64,000 nt of DNA, from positions 27,404,001-27,468,000 of the forward strand of contig OZ281495.1 of the NCBI GenBank assembly GCA_965637545.1, in the 5' to 3' direction. The notes under the pieces were generated by a model. That model saw only the letters and a program-made list of their open reading frames with translations, was not told the DNA's origin and did not search any database. The DNA comes from Phallusia mammillata. Lineage: Eukaryota. Both the position numbers and the translations under genes were made by a program. Shown one piece after another: positions 37,291 to 50,880 of the stretch (position 1 is its first letter; every line of letters begins with the position of its first letter).

Positions 37291-39902
37291 GATGGGGTTC
37301 TACACTTAAAAGTATAAAATATGAAACCACCATGACCCAAACAGCAGTCCTGTAAATTTTATCCAAATAGGCCAATGTTTAAATTCTGACCACTAGAGGT
37401 GACATCTGCAATATTCGTTAACGCTTATGTGACGTCGTAAGGCTGTTAACACCCCTTGTGCCCCTTCGGGGAAGGGGACCCATAATAACTATATATAAGC
37501 GTGAGAACAAAGGTGCGAACGTAACAGTGAATAACGAAAGTAATTGAAACTGGTTCACGTTACAAATTCACATTTGGGAAAGTGGAATGGTAAGTAAAAC
37601 TTTTGTCTGATTTTCAATACATGTTGTTACATACTGCAGTTGAAATAACTTATCAAAGAACAACAATAAGAGTTAATTTAGAGTCAAAGCTGTTATTTGT
37701 TAACAGAGAGCTCTTGCCAGGTCTGTTTGCTTCACAATTTGTTTGTTTGTCTTCCTGAAGCTAACCAAATATGCCTTGCACTGAACTTAACAACCAAAGT
37801 TAAACAAAACAGCACTCCTGTTTAAGGTTCAACAAAATACTTAATATGCCTTGCAAAAGTATGGTGAAATGATTTAACTGTTTGACTTTTTGTTAGGCTT
37901 TAGCTGATATTTACATACGACATGTCAAAGATTATGTTGATCATTAACACACTTTTATTTTAATGGTTATTGTAAGAGGATGTCAATTAGAATTGTTTAA
38001 TCACTGATAAACGACTGCAGTTTTAAAATTTAGGATTCCTGAAATTTAGTATGCACATGTAGGCTAATGTTCTGTCGATATGGGAGGGACTTTAAAATGT
38101 CCTGTTAAAACACTACTTAAAAAAAATTTCGGGGATGTTCAAAAATAAACACAGCTGTAATTTAATGTTGACTGTTCTTGTGAAAAAGCCATACGGAGCA
38201 GAAACGACAGTGTTGAAATTTTGTGGATCCAATAAACAATATTGTTGTATTCGCCACTCACACGGTCACGCCGTCATTCGAATAAAGTAGAAAGTTCACA
38301 CGGTAGTGAAATGCGGTACGAAGCAATCATGGGTATCAATAATTAATCATGCGTAAAATGTAAAGGACGCTAGTATTACGGTTACAGCAATAAAAGATGC
38401 GGTAACAAAAGCAAAATTACAATAACACAACAGATTTTGTTTCACAAACAATTACACAAAGATCATCGTGAATAATTCAGTTTCATGTCCAATGCAAGTC
38501 CAAATTTTGTGGACCGTTTATGTCGGTTACACGGTAAATGCAGTTTTATGCGAATTGACATAGACCTGTCCATGTTATTCTCGATCGTACTAAGTTGTGT
38601 TGACTTGGTACACTGAGGCTTTCGCTTCTATGTATTTTAGTTAGGAAGTCCAAAACCCCTTTTAACTAGGCCTACCATACTTCCATCACCCAAAAAGAGG
38701 ACACATTGTTTAAAAGAACATAAAAAAGCTTATTTTAGCAAAACTAAAAAATGAGTTGATTTGTTTTGCTTGGAAAAACACGGTTTACAATTCAAAATCA
38801 CTGAACCGAAAATACTTTTTGTCTTCATGAAGGACACGGTCGCTAGATCAACGAGGTTGAATGCGCTAAAGGTTGCATGAGGTGTATCGGATTGCGACTC
38901 GGACCGTTTCAGCCCACTGTGTGCTCAAGTAATAGGCCAACCTACAAAAGCGCAGAATCAAGTTCTTATTATTTATTTTAGGCTACCAATAGCCTTTAAA
39001 CCATTTGAGATAACATTTTGCCTTTAACGTTGACAAACAATTGGGTCCTAGACAGTCTGCGATTGGCTGTAAAACCACGTTGGACAGCTGATGTTTGGAA
39101 TTACAGCGCAAATTTTGGCATAGTTGTTTGAATACCCAACGAATGATGCGCTGCACTAGGGCACATGAATATCAAAACTTAACTGAGAAATTGTGTAATA
39201 ATTTTTTTCTGTATCTTTAAAGTTGAAATGCGTTAGTGCAATTGCCCAATATATTATTTTTACGTAGCCTAGGGTGTGTGCGGTTTACATTCGAGAGCGT
39301 CTTAATTTAGTTATTTTTTATTTTTTGATACCTTAACATGCGGCTAGCAATCGAGGGCGGCGTACAAGTATAGTGTGTGCTCAAAGTAAGCGTAAAGACA
39401 AACGAACCTATAGTGTAAAACATTATTACGCGATGTTTTAAGTGACCTCTTAAAAGAGTCTGCCATGATGACCAACGCGATTTGGGGGGCATGAAAAAGA
39501 CCAATGCGGTTGGAAGAACGTTACAAAATAGGCGAAGGATTCAGCTGCGTTGCAAAGGTTGAGGTTCAAAAAAGAACAAAAAAGCAAAAGAAAAACAATG
39601 TATAAATCGTTCAATGACCCTTAAATGTAACAGCGTTAGTTATGGACCGCAAATTGAACCACCATTTGTAAGCATATTGTACCTATTGTGCAAATTAGGC
39701 TTTTATTGCTCTTAACTTTGTTTCGCAAGGCGTAAGCGAGGTCAAGTACGGTAGTTCGATAAGCTAACGGTAAACTTCGAGTTCGGCGTGTTGGCAAATA
39801 TTGGCTGACATGCATTACTTCCATAAACTGTTCAAAGAGTGGTTAATAACTAAGAATCCTAACAAATGATCGAGTTAAACTGCAAAGAAATATATTGCGA
39901 TA

Positions 39903-40330
39903 ATGTCACAATCTAATAAGATCTGCCCCAATGCTTGCCTTTACTTTGTCTCTGGAAGAGGAAAAAACAATCCAGATGATTTTAGAGATTCCTTTAAAAC
40001 AATGAGAGATAGCTTGTTTTGACTTGAACTTCAAATCAAGTGAGGCACAGACATCGAAAAATCGCTGCCAACATGGAATAAACACCGACGTGGAATTGAC
40101 GACTGAGATACAAACAAGGGTTTTACACTTACAGGGGTTCACCAACACTGTAAAAAGTACGTTAGTCTGGAGTGGTTTTGCCATGGTTACGGGGCTACTA
40201 TGGGTTGTCAAGCTTACAAGGAACTAAAAGATGATTTAAAGCCGGGAGAAGATCTTCCAATCTTCAACAAATCAGCAATTATTTGTATTAGCGGGGCTTC
40301 ATTTGCAGCAGAATCACTGGCAAAGATTCA
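39903..40330 (+). pseudogene. Subfamily D exon-1-only pseudogene (D0)
   Basis: MSQSNKICPNACLYFVSG start, frameshifts, donor lost; intron-like sequence follows but no exon 2. Confidence 0.8.
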
Positions 40331-41134
40331 TTGAGTGTTGGAGCTAAAGTAGCCAGACGTCACGAATTTCCTGGACTTTTAAAAAACACTCTTAATGTCC
40401 GGAATTTAGCATTTTGTTGTTGACACTAATGTTTTACTTTTTAACTGTTTTCTGTGCTGTTGTGATTTACGATGCTGCCTACATATTAAGCAAAACAACT
40501 GATCAGCTTGAATTAAACGGCAAATAGGTGAATTTTCTGCATTTTGAAGGCCAACGAAAGCCTGTTAAAGGGACCGGATCGCCCCAAAACTATCAATCAG
40601 TTTGGTGTCGCAAAAGATTTTTTTACAAACTGTCAGGAATTTTGCGGTAAGGAAGACTTGAAGGCATTGATTATTTTTATTGTTGTTGATCTACACATGC
40701 AACGCAATAATGCTCACAAGTAAACTAAAATCACAACGTTTTGATATTCATGTCGTTGTGAGAGTTCGGTTGTGTTGCAAAGTAAAAGTTTCAAAAAAGG
40801 AACACTTTTGACAACGGTTTTACATAAACCATAAATTAAACGACGTTGTTAGCTTTGAACCAAGTGTGAACAAGTTAGGTTTTTTTTGGCTCCTAACAAT
40901 GTTTGGCGAGGCCTTAGTTAGTGAGATCCAGTGTTGTTCAATATCAAACGTACATGATACTTTGAGTTCCGAGTGGAGTGTTGGCAAACATTGGATGACG
41001 TGTATATTGCAGCCATAAACCTTTCAAGAGGTTGATGGTAACAAGGATCTTAGAAATCCTGGAAGTTATTGTGCAAGCCGACTGAGCTAAACAGCGAAGA
41101 AATATATTCCAGCTAAACAGCAAGAAATATTACA

Positions 41135-42438
41135 ATGTCAAACTCAAAGAAGATCTGCCCTAATGCTTGTCTTTATTTTGTTCCTGGATTGGGAGGAAAC
41201 AATCCAGATGATTTTAGAGAGCCTTTTGAAAAAATTAGAAACGGCATTTTTGGCGATGACTTCAAACCAAGTAAGAAACAGATATTGAACAATCGCTGCC
41301 GATATGGAATATACACAGACTTGGAATTGACGACTGAGATTAAAACACTTACAAAGGTTCACCAAGACTGTAAAAAGTACGTTAGTCTGGTGTGGTTTTG
41401 CCATAGTCACGGGGCTACTATGGTTTGTCAAGCTTACAAGGAACTAAAAGATGATTTAAACCCCCAAAAATATCTTTCAATCCTCAAAAAATCAGCAATT
41501 ATTTGCATTGGTGGGACTTCTATTGCAACGAAATCAATGGCAGAGGTAAATAAGTCCATTGAATTTGCAGCTAAACGGTAAAAACAGTGTAGGGAAAACT
41601 TGATATACACATGCAACTTAATCATGCTCACAAGTAAATTAAAATCATAATGTTTTCATTATCATGTCGATGTGTTGGAAAAAAATTAGGTTTTGTGTAC
41701 AAATGACGTATATTGTTTAACAAAAGCTACGAAAAGCAAATATGGCTTTGCACCATGGCTTGACTCGACTAAGTGTTTCGATTTTGTTAGGTTGTATTAA
41801 ACGTTGAATTTAAGAACGATGACATTGCCAGAACTGGGAGAAATCTCTACGGTAGTGAAGATGGTATGTTACAGCAGATTGGTCCACTGAGAGATGGAGT
41901 ATGTACATGCTGCGACATCGGGAAAAGAGCGCAGAATAATACATCCAAGCGTAGGGGGGTTACGTCTACTTCTTCGATGCCTTCTTCCTCTGCTTTATCT
42001 GGCACTTCAGTTGATGGTCCCGAATTTTCTGGAACTGGGAACAACTTTTCTTTGTTTGCCTGTTGCACAAATTTTAACTTTTGTGGCGAATTGTACTGTT
42101 GTACGTGTTGCCCAAAAAAGTCATGTTGTGTGTGTTGTCAGAGAATTTGCTGCTGTTGTTGTAAATCGAATTGTTGGTCGGCTGATCAATCTACGGTTTA
42201 CGAAACGAGATTTACTACAATAACAGCAGAATCTCAAAGCGCTATACAACGGGCAGCTACAGTTGTATGATCTCTGGGCACATTGTTTGTTCCTCAAAAT
42301 AATGAAAGTGCTGCTCATTACATTGACGAATACATTTCATGCGACAACTGGAAAAAAACAGTTAAATTGCTTTTGCCGCGACCGAAAAGCAAAACATGCA
42401 AAATACACTTTAAACGATCTTCTGTTTCACACATTTAA
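41135..42438 (+). CDS. Subfamily D copy D1 (exons 41135-41545 and 41791-42438) with one in-frame TGA at 42268-42270
   Basis: All motifs and the Cys-rich insert are present. The frame continues past the TGA through AHYIDEY to TAA 42436-42438. Probably a nonsense allele or young pseudogene. Confidence 0.7.
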
Positions 42439-43479
42439 GGCACAAATGGAAAATTGTTTTTTGCTGCACCGTATTTAATTGCGACTAGGTCATCATGTTT
42501 GTTTCGAATTTATGTATATTTTAGTGATTCATTTTTATTTTTTGGTGAGCTTGGTGCTTTAGGGATAACGTTACTGTTCGTACGTTTCTTCTGTTTATGC
42601 ATTGTTTTTGATTCATTAGAAATCGATTATAGTTTACTGATGATTGTTGTGCAGTATTTTGTCATTTTATTGTATATAATCCGAACGTGTTTATTATCTT
42701 GGATTTCATTGAAACGAATAATTAGCATATTAATTACTTTGTTTCACTAATTTAATTGTTTTGCTTTTGTAACAAAAGTTTACAAAAAACTGTCAAAAAA
42801 TGCGTTTTTTTAAACTGCCAAGGCATTTTTACGTATTCTTGTGTTCGGTAAAAGGCATTAATTTTTAGGCTTAGTGTTTGCTCAATGTAACCGAAAATTT
42901 AACAAACTAATAAAGTAAAACATTTGGACACGATGATTTTAGTTACCTCTAAACATACCATTAAGACTAATGCGATTTGAAGAACGTTAATAAAAACAAA
43001 CACAATTAAAGAGTTGTGTTGCAAAGTGAAAGTTCCTAAAAAAACACTTCTAACAAGAGTTTTATATAAACCATAAATTAAACCACGCTGTTAGCTTTGA
43101 ACCAAACAAGTTAGTTTGTATGGGCCTCAACGAATGTTTGACGAGTCGTAACTAGGCAAACAACAGGGGAGCAACGGCGCTGAGCGGAGCAACAACAGCG
43201 GTGCAACAGCGTTGCAATGGGGGTAAATGTTGCTAATTTCTATGCAACAGCAACTAGAGATTGTTTTGAGCGGTACCATACGCTTCAAAATTACAAACTG
43301 TGACTTTTTACAAACAATAGTGTATGGTTTTTGTTTATTTTATAATTGATGCAACAAGCTTGGTTTGGTAAAACAAATAAGGCTATTTTGGCATTGGCTA
43401 CACAAAAAAAAGCCACATTTGAAGTGTCTATACAAAGCAAAATCATTTGAACTGAGGGATAAAACCTTCAAGATCTTAT

Positions 43480-44735
43480 TTTGTATGCATTGGGGTATTT
43501 GGAAAAGATATTTTGGGAAAATATTGGATCTCGAAGGTTTAAACGAATTAGATACAGTATTTTCGGCGTTAACTTTAAATCAAGTGAGGCGCAGATATTG
43601 AAATATCGCTGTCAATATGGAATAAAGACTGACGTGCAATTGACGACTGAGATTAAAACACTTACAAAGATTTACCCGCGCTGTGAATAGTACATTAGTC
43701 TGGTGTATTTTGCCATAGTTGCGGTGCTGGTATGGCCAGTTAAGCTTACAAGCACTAATCAGCAACTATTTGCTTCGTTGTGTATTTATGTGCAGCGGAA
43801 TCATTGGCAAAGGTAAGAGTTCATTGAGATTTGCAGCTAAACTAGGGTTACCACATGTCAGGAATTTCCTGGACATGTTCGGAATTGGAGCGTAAAATCT
43901 GCTTTCGGAAATATTTTTCAATAACAATCTTAATATCCGGAATTTTAGCATTTTCCTGTGGGGCACTATTGTGTCCCTTATAAAGGTTCACATGTTTTTG
44001 ACTATTTTTTGTACGGTTGTGATTTACGATGCTGCCTACATATTAAGCAAAACAACTGACCAGCTTGAATTAAACGGCAATTTGGTGAACATTTTTTGCA
44101 TTTTAAAAGAGTTTTGCACTATGGCTTGACTCGACTAAGTGTTTCGATTTTGTTCGACCTTTTCAGTGTGATCTTTTTAAGGTTGTATTAAACGTTGAAT
44201 TTGAGAACGATGTCGTCACCCAGGCTGGTGAAAAGTGTAGGTTACAACAAATTGGACCACTAAAGGATAGAATTTGTACGTGTTGCAACGGAAGTAAAGG
44301 AACATCGAAAACTACAAGAAATAGGGATATCTCATCTGGAATTACGTCCACTTCTTCTTCGATGCCTTCTTCCTCTTTTTGATCTGCAGTTGAATGTCCA
44401 GTCTTTTCTGCAAACAATTTTGCCTGTTGCACAAATTTGAACCTTTGTAGCGAACTGTACTGTTGTGCTTGTTGTCCGAAAATCACGTGCTGTCCATGTT
44501 GTCCGGGAATATGTTGCTGTTGTTGTAAATCGAATTGTCGGTCGGTTGATCAATCTACGGTTTACGAGGCGAGATTTACTACAGTAACAGCAAAAGCACA
44601 AATGTTTTACATGGGGTAGCTACGGTTGTATCGACTGCCACCACTTTTTTTGGTTCCTCGAGATAACGAAAGTACTGCTTCTTATATTGAGGAATAAATT
44701 TTATGCGACAACTGGAAAACGGTAGTACAGTATGA
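43480..44735 (+). pseudogene. Subfamily D pseudogene (D2)
   Basis: Degenerate exon 1 (donor ~43812); exon 2 from 44182 with the Cys-rich tract and frameshifts. Confidence 0.8.
43845..43975 (+). mobile_element. MITE-end-like segment in the D2 intron (TAGGGTTACCA...), shared with the D4 intron (~61510-61650, reverse) and partly D0
   Basis: Terminal sequence resembles CAGGGTTGCCA at 6312 and TAGGGTTGCCA at 63827; absent from the D1 intron. Confidence 0.5.
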
Positions 44736-47451
44736 TCTTTTGTTTCACACTGTGAAGCCCTAATGGACAACTTGTTTTTTCTGCACTGTTGGCTGTTAAA
44801 TCCCGGTTTCTAATTTATGTATATTTTAGTGTTTTTTTTTAGTGTTTTTGTGTGTTTTAAGACTTTGGGGATAACATTACTGTTCGTACGTTTCTTCTGG
44901 TTATGCATTGTTTTTCATTCAGTAAAAATCGATAATAGCTATTGCTGAATATTGTGTAAAAGTTATAATGCTTACATTATATTGCATGTAATCAGTTGCG
45001 AACGTATCTAACATCTTGTATTTATTTAGATTGTTCAAATATTAACATATTTACTCCGTTTAACTGATTGAAACTCTTGCTTTTGTAACGAAAATTTTCA
45101 TTAGCTGTATACAAAAGCAATTTTAAACTACCTAGCTGTCCGAGCATTTTTACGTATAGTATTGTCTTCTAAGTCTGCCGGTTATTTTTATACCAGTACC
45201 AAACATTTTTACGACGCAAAATCCGAAACACCAAGGAACAGTAAAGAGCTGCACTGGTTAGTCTATCCAGATCTGAGGCTACTAAGCAGAGACTGTACAC
45301 TGCGTTTTTATAAAGATTGGTTCTGCTGGTACGCGCCCAATTTAACTGCGGCGGGCGCATAAATGCGCCCCGACACATGCCTGGTTCTAAACAGCGATAA
45401 AAATCGTATTAGAGCGGATATTTTTTACAACTGGGGTGCGTTTGAAAGCTTATGCATATTAGCTTCAATTTATTCGAAAAAAATGATATGTTAGTATTTG
45501 AAAAAAATTAATTACACCAAGGAGAAAGTCAAAATTCAGAAAAAACGTGTTTTTTTCTAATTTATGTTTTGCAGCCATTTTTTGTTATTTTACGCTTGGT
45601 TGATTACCACACAGCTGTTTGGAGTTTGTTTCAGGGCTCTGTAAGGGCGTTGTGGCGATCTTTGTTTACAATTTGATGTGTGTTCAGCTGAATTGGGCTT
45701 GAAAGTGGGTAGTTTTGGGCAGTAAATTTGCCTTGGTTTGCTTGATTATACTGCTGTATCAGTCAGTTTAGCTTTACTATTCGTGGTGAAAGCAGTTATT
45801 TATCAAGAAAACAACTGTTGTAGAAGCATTTTGACTTAGGAAGTTTGTGGTTGCTGACCAATATTTTGATTATATCTGGTCCTCAACTGCATTTACATTG
45901 CCAAATGGTAGGATTTGGCCTCATGAATGGACAACAAATACAGAAGAATCAGGGCAAAGTACCTTGGGAATGCTTGGAATTGTGTTTTTTCTGCTAACTT
46001 CTGTGAACTGTGTTTCAAACTTGCACATGTTGTGGTGTAATGATACATAATAAACATCCCATGTACAAACACTTGTAAATGAATTATGTGTGTACAGGTA
46101 TTTAGTAAACGTTTGAATAAGTCCGTAAATTGTCAAGATTGCCACAAATCATTATTGAAAACAAGTTTCATACGCTCAAAAACATTAATTTTATCCTTTA
46201 CTACAGAAAAATAAGAAACTAAAATTGATCATTATGACGTCATGAGCTAATTAATGACGTCATCGAAAAAACACACATCAAGTTTTGTAAGGAATTGTTT
46301 GTAAAACAACTTGGAACTAATAATTGTAACTAAAAACACCGATAAACTGCAATTTTATGGAAAAATAGAATTGAAATGACGTCATTTCGTAAGTGATGAC
46401 GTCATCGAAAATTTTTTTATCTTCAATTTGATTCTGTTGATTGGTAGATCAACTAGACTACTTGTGAAAACATATTGAACAAACAAACTCTCCGCAGGCG
46501 GAAACAAAAAAGCAGAGGTGGCGATTGAATGTATGAAATTTGCTACCAAGTTGTCGGATGTGCATGTATGACGAAAATAAACCATTACCAACGTATATAG
46601 ATCATATTTGCTGTAATGAATGCAATAATTAAAAAAGACCAGGCTAGGCCTTACACTTTTCAAATACTTTATCATCTTGCTTTTTGTTGTGGTACTTGTG
46701 TTTCATTTTAAATAAAATGAAGATTTTTACACAAACGTGATTTTAGGTGTTATTATTAAGCAGCTTAAACTAACCAACTTTATAGGTGTTGATCCCAGAT
46801 ATATTAGTTTGATAATGATCAGGATGAAACTGGGCCTATACCTCCATGGGCCGGATGGGTGTTTTACCTTTATATCTTTGAAAAAGTAGTCTAGTTGTTT
46901 AAACAACCATCAAAATCCGCTTGAAAAGCCTATGTCTCACGTAAACAAAACAAAAAGATATCGCCCCTTTTATGTCGTCGCTAAACGGGCAGTGTGCAGT
47001 CTCTGTTAATTGGTCTATGGTTTAACCAAGACAGTTACCGCGGATCAAAGTGATATTTTCTGAGCATTAATTTAGGACTTTCTGCTACCGACTAAAAGTG
47101 CGATTCACAAAATCAAAGTTGTTCATCAAAAAGATTTTTAATGAATATACTAAGGGCTTTACAAAAAAATTTGAGTCGATTTATTTAACAACTATTGCTC
47201 AGAAACAATTTAAGTTGTAAAAAGGTTGCACAAAAATTGTTTCAAATATGACAGCATCCTTGCAAACTGCAAGAATCGGCAAACTGTGTACAACATGATA
47301 CAGAGCAGCTCTTTGCTGCCGCTTGGTGTTTTGGATTTCACAGCGTAAAAAAATACTCGGTACACAAAAGCACCAACAAGAAATCACAAAAATATACATA
47401 GTGCAGAAAAAACAAGTTACCCATTAGGGCTTTACAGTGTGAAAGAAAAGA

Positions 47452-50400
47452 TCATTTAATGTGTGTTTCGAATGTTTTACTTTTCGATGGTGGTAAAAGC
47501 GCTTTAGCTACCGTTTTCCAGTTGTCGCATAAAATGTATTCCTCAATGTGATGAGCAGCACTTTTGTCCTCAAGGAACAAAAAAAGTGGCGCAGTCGATA
47601 CAACCGTAGCTACCCGATGTAAAACGTTTTGTGCTTTTGCTGTTACTCTATTAAATCTCACCTCGTAAACCGTAGATTGATCAACCGACCGACAATTTGG
47701 GTTACAACAACAGCAGCATCATATTCCCGGACAACATGGACAGCATGTGATTTTCGGACAACGCTTACAACAGTACAGTTCGCTGCAAAAGTTAAAATTT
47801 GTGCAACAAGCAAACAAAGAAAAATTGTTTCCAGTTGCAGAAAAAACTGAACCACTAACTGCAGAGCCAGATAAAGCAAAGGAAAAATGCATCGAAGAAG
47901 AAGTGGACTTTCAATCAACAAATAGAGGTGCCCTGTCTGAGTCTGACGTTAGCGACAACCAAATGTTCCTGTTTTTCCATACACTTCCGGATGATGTCCA
48001 GCGTCGATCTGTCCGTGACACGTGACTGCCATTCAAGAAGTCATACGCTGCCGACCACGATATCTTCGCCCCTCCACCTTCCCGGTAAGCACCAGATGTT
48101 CCAATTGCTTCTTAATCACGTGGCCGAGAAATCGAACCTGTCTCGTGACGATAGTCCGCATCAATTGTCTTGTTGTTCCAGCCCACTGCAGCACCGTGTC
48201 ATTTCGCACTTTCTTCGTCCAGGGTATGCCCATCATTCTTCGCAGAAACCACATTCCGCTTCCTCCAGGCGATTCTCCGTCGTTTGGCTGATGGTCCAAC
48301 ACTCACAGCCCCATACGAGACACGGCCACACATAGCATTTCAAGAGCCGAAATTTGGTTGTAATGCTGATCGAGCGAGAGGTCAGAACGCTTTACATGTT
48401 TTTGTAGGCAGTCTTTGCATTCCAATGCGCCTGCGAATATCTATGTCGCACTTTCCTGTCGATGTTTACGTGCTGCCACAGTACTGGAATTGACTGACCT
48501 GATCCAGCACTCCCTTCACTGTGATGTAGCACGGCGGCGTGGAAGGCTTGTTGGAGAAAACCATCACAAACGATTTTCTTTTGTTGATGGTAAGCGCTTT
48601 CATTTCACTTTTCTTAACCGTCTTGTTCATCATGTTCTGCAGCTTCTCTTCTGTGTCGGCGATAAGTACAGTGTCATCGCCGTATCTCAGGTTATTGATA
48701 TTCACCCCGTCAATGATGAAACTTTTCAGATCTTTGATGTGGCCCATTATCATTTCCGTGTAAAGAGAACAGGTCTGGTGACATGATACACCCTTGCCTC
48801 ACTCGGCGTTCGATGTTTACCTACTCACTCAGCGCACCATCTATCCTAATTGTTGCCTGCTGGTTCAAGTACATTTTCTTGATCAATTCGATGTCCTTCC
48901 CGTCGATATCCAATGTCTCCAGCATTTCAATCAACGGTTCGTGCCTTACTTTATCAAACGCCTTGACATAATCGATGAAACGGGCACATATATCACGCTG
49001 CATTTCAATTGCTCGCTCTTTTATCATCCTCAAAATAAAGATGGCGTTCCGCGTACCCTTATCCGAAGTGAACCCGTACTGCTCTTCACTTCTCCAGTCG
49101 TTCTGCCTCGGATGCTGTTAATTAGAATCCGAATGACAAGCTTCGTGATGTGACTCATGAGGCTGATGGTTCTATGTTGCTCACATTTTGTGGCACCCGG
49201 TTTCTTTTGTAAGGTGATGAAAACAGATTTGCACATCTCCGCTGAAAAATGACCTTCATCGTAGATTCGATTCGCTGGCTCTGTTATCGTTTCGACTCAA
49301 AAATAGGCAAGAGTTTCGATCATTTCCATTGCGATCCCGTCCGCGCCAGTTGCTTTGCCTCTCGATAGACTCTGTATGGCTCGTTCGGCCCCATCTTTAA
49401 GTATCAGACTTCCTCCAGTCTTCTTAATATTAGGCCGTGGTCTTCTGTCATCAGCAAACAGTTCTCCTATGTACCCTGTCATCTCTTCAGGATCTCGTCT
49501 TTCTCCATAATAATGGTACTGTTATTCGCCTCAATACAGCTGAAGGTTCAACTTTTCTGCCGCCATATTACTAGCCGTCATTCTTCGTGCACCCGCTGTG
49601 GGTTATTGCATATCAGGAGCTCAACATTTCGGACTGTAAATGTTTTCTTCTAATTAATACTTGTCGCGGATTGTTCGATCCAGCCGCCTGTACTCCGGTG
49701 ACTTCCTTTTAAGCTTCCGGCGTTTGTTCATCAGTTCAAGGATTTCCGGTACCATACAATCATGATTTGCGAAACGGGTGACCGTTTGTACCACTTTCTC
49801 TGCAGCTTTCGTCATTACATGCGCCAGTACACTAATCTCTAAGTGTCTTCTCCGTTGTCATTCAATAAACAACCCCGTACCATCGTCTGATATTGGCTTT
49901 TTACTGTGTCGTCCTTCCACAACATATTCAGATCGAGCTTTGGAGCTTCGCTTTGATGATCTTCTTTAGTTTAAGCCTCATGGTAGCTACTAGAAGTACA
50001 CGGTCAGTATTGCAATCAGCGCCCGCGTAGCCTTTTACAATCAGGATTGAATTTCGGAAACTTCGGTTGATCCTGTGACGTGCACTGTTTCAGCGCCTTG
50101 TCTAGATCGTCATAGAAATCATCCAGTTCCTTCTCACTACTGCTGCTCGTCGGGGCGTAAACCTGCACTATTGCGATGTTGAAAGGTTCGCCACGCAGGT
50201 TCACCATGATCACTTGATCTGAGATGATCCAGTAGCTCATCAAGCTATCTTTCTCCGGGCCCGAGTAAACGATGGTAGTGTCACCGTCTTTCCTGATAGC
50301 GTCAATCTGATTTCACTGACTCCTAAGATTTTGATATTGACTCTGCACAAGGAGCCCCAGTTCCCTCCCGCCGGAGCTTTTGTCGAGGCTTGCTCCTCTA

Positions 50401-50880
50401 AATCCGCTCAGATCCCCTACCGAGGTAGGTTTTTGTAGCTTTCGTTAAACAACTCATGCCATTTTTACTTCCATATTTCCATCACTTTGGCATGATAAAC
50501 CAAAACTTATGATTTTAGTATTTTTACTTGTGATTAGAGTTACATGTGTAGATCAACAAGAAGGAAAGTTACAATGTATCCCAGTTTCCCTTCACTATTT
50601 TTACCGTTTAGCAGCAAAATTCAATTGACTATTTTATCTTTGCCAGTGATTCCGCTGAAAATAAAGCCACACTAATGCAAAAAAATTGTCTAGATTGTAA
50701 GATGCTGATTTGTCTAAAATTGAAAGATATTCTTCGGGGTTTAAATCATCTTTCAGTTCCTTGTAAGCTTGACAAACCATAGTCGCCCCGTAACTATGGC
50801 AAAACCACACCAGATTAACGTACTTTTTACAGTGCAGGTGAACCTTTGTATTCGTTGTAACCCCAGTCGTCAATTCCACG
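47452..50880 (-). pseudogene. Subfamily D pseudogene (D3) split by an RTE LINE
   Basis: The 3' half of exon 2 lies at 47452-47910 (AHHIEEY, Cys tract with TGA). An exon 1 fragment lies at 50634-50880 (WFCHSYGATMV) with its donor lost. Confidence 0.8.
47927..50430 (-). mobile_element. Degraded RTE-clade non-LTR retrotransposon (AP endonuclease + reverse transcriptase)
   Basis: Fragments: IVQVYAPTS (APE), KCEQHRTISLMSH, FIDYVKAFDKV, INNLRYGDDTVL (YADD equivalent), FLRRMMGIPW...FLGHV...GRRYRGRQR. Many frameshifts; locally higher GC. Confidence 0.9.

Noticed and set aside
38130-38230. Minus-strand NTVVSAPYGFF as the next fucosyltransferase exon
   Set aside because: No usable AG acceptor, no DSD motif, and no downstream GT10 motifs nearby.
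42268-42270. Selenocysteine reading of in-frame TGAs (D1; also D3 ~47720 and C1 ~10208 at Cys positions)
   Set aside because: The D1 TGA aligns to Ser, and the Cys-position TGAs are in copies already broken by other lesions. No SECIS was identified, and single substitutions explain all three.
47928-49153. Plus-strand ORFs over the LINE and antisense or alternative-frame ORFs over hydrolase exons
   Set aside because: Shadows of real coding sequence on the opposite strand or frame.
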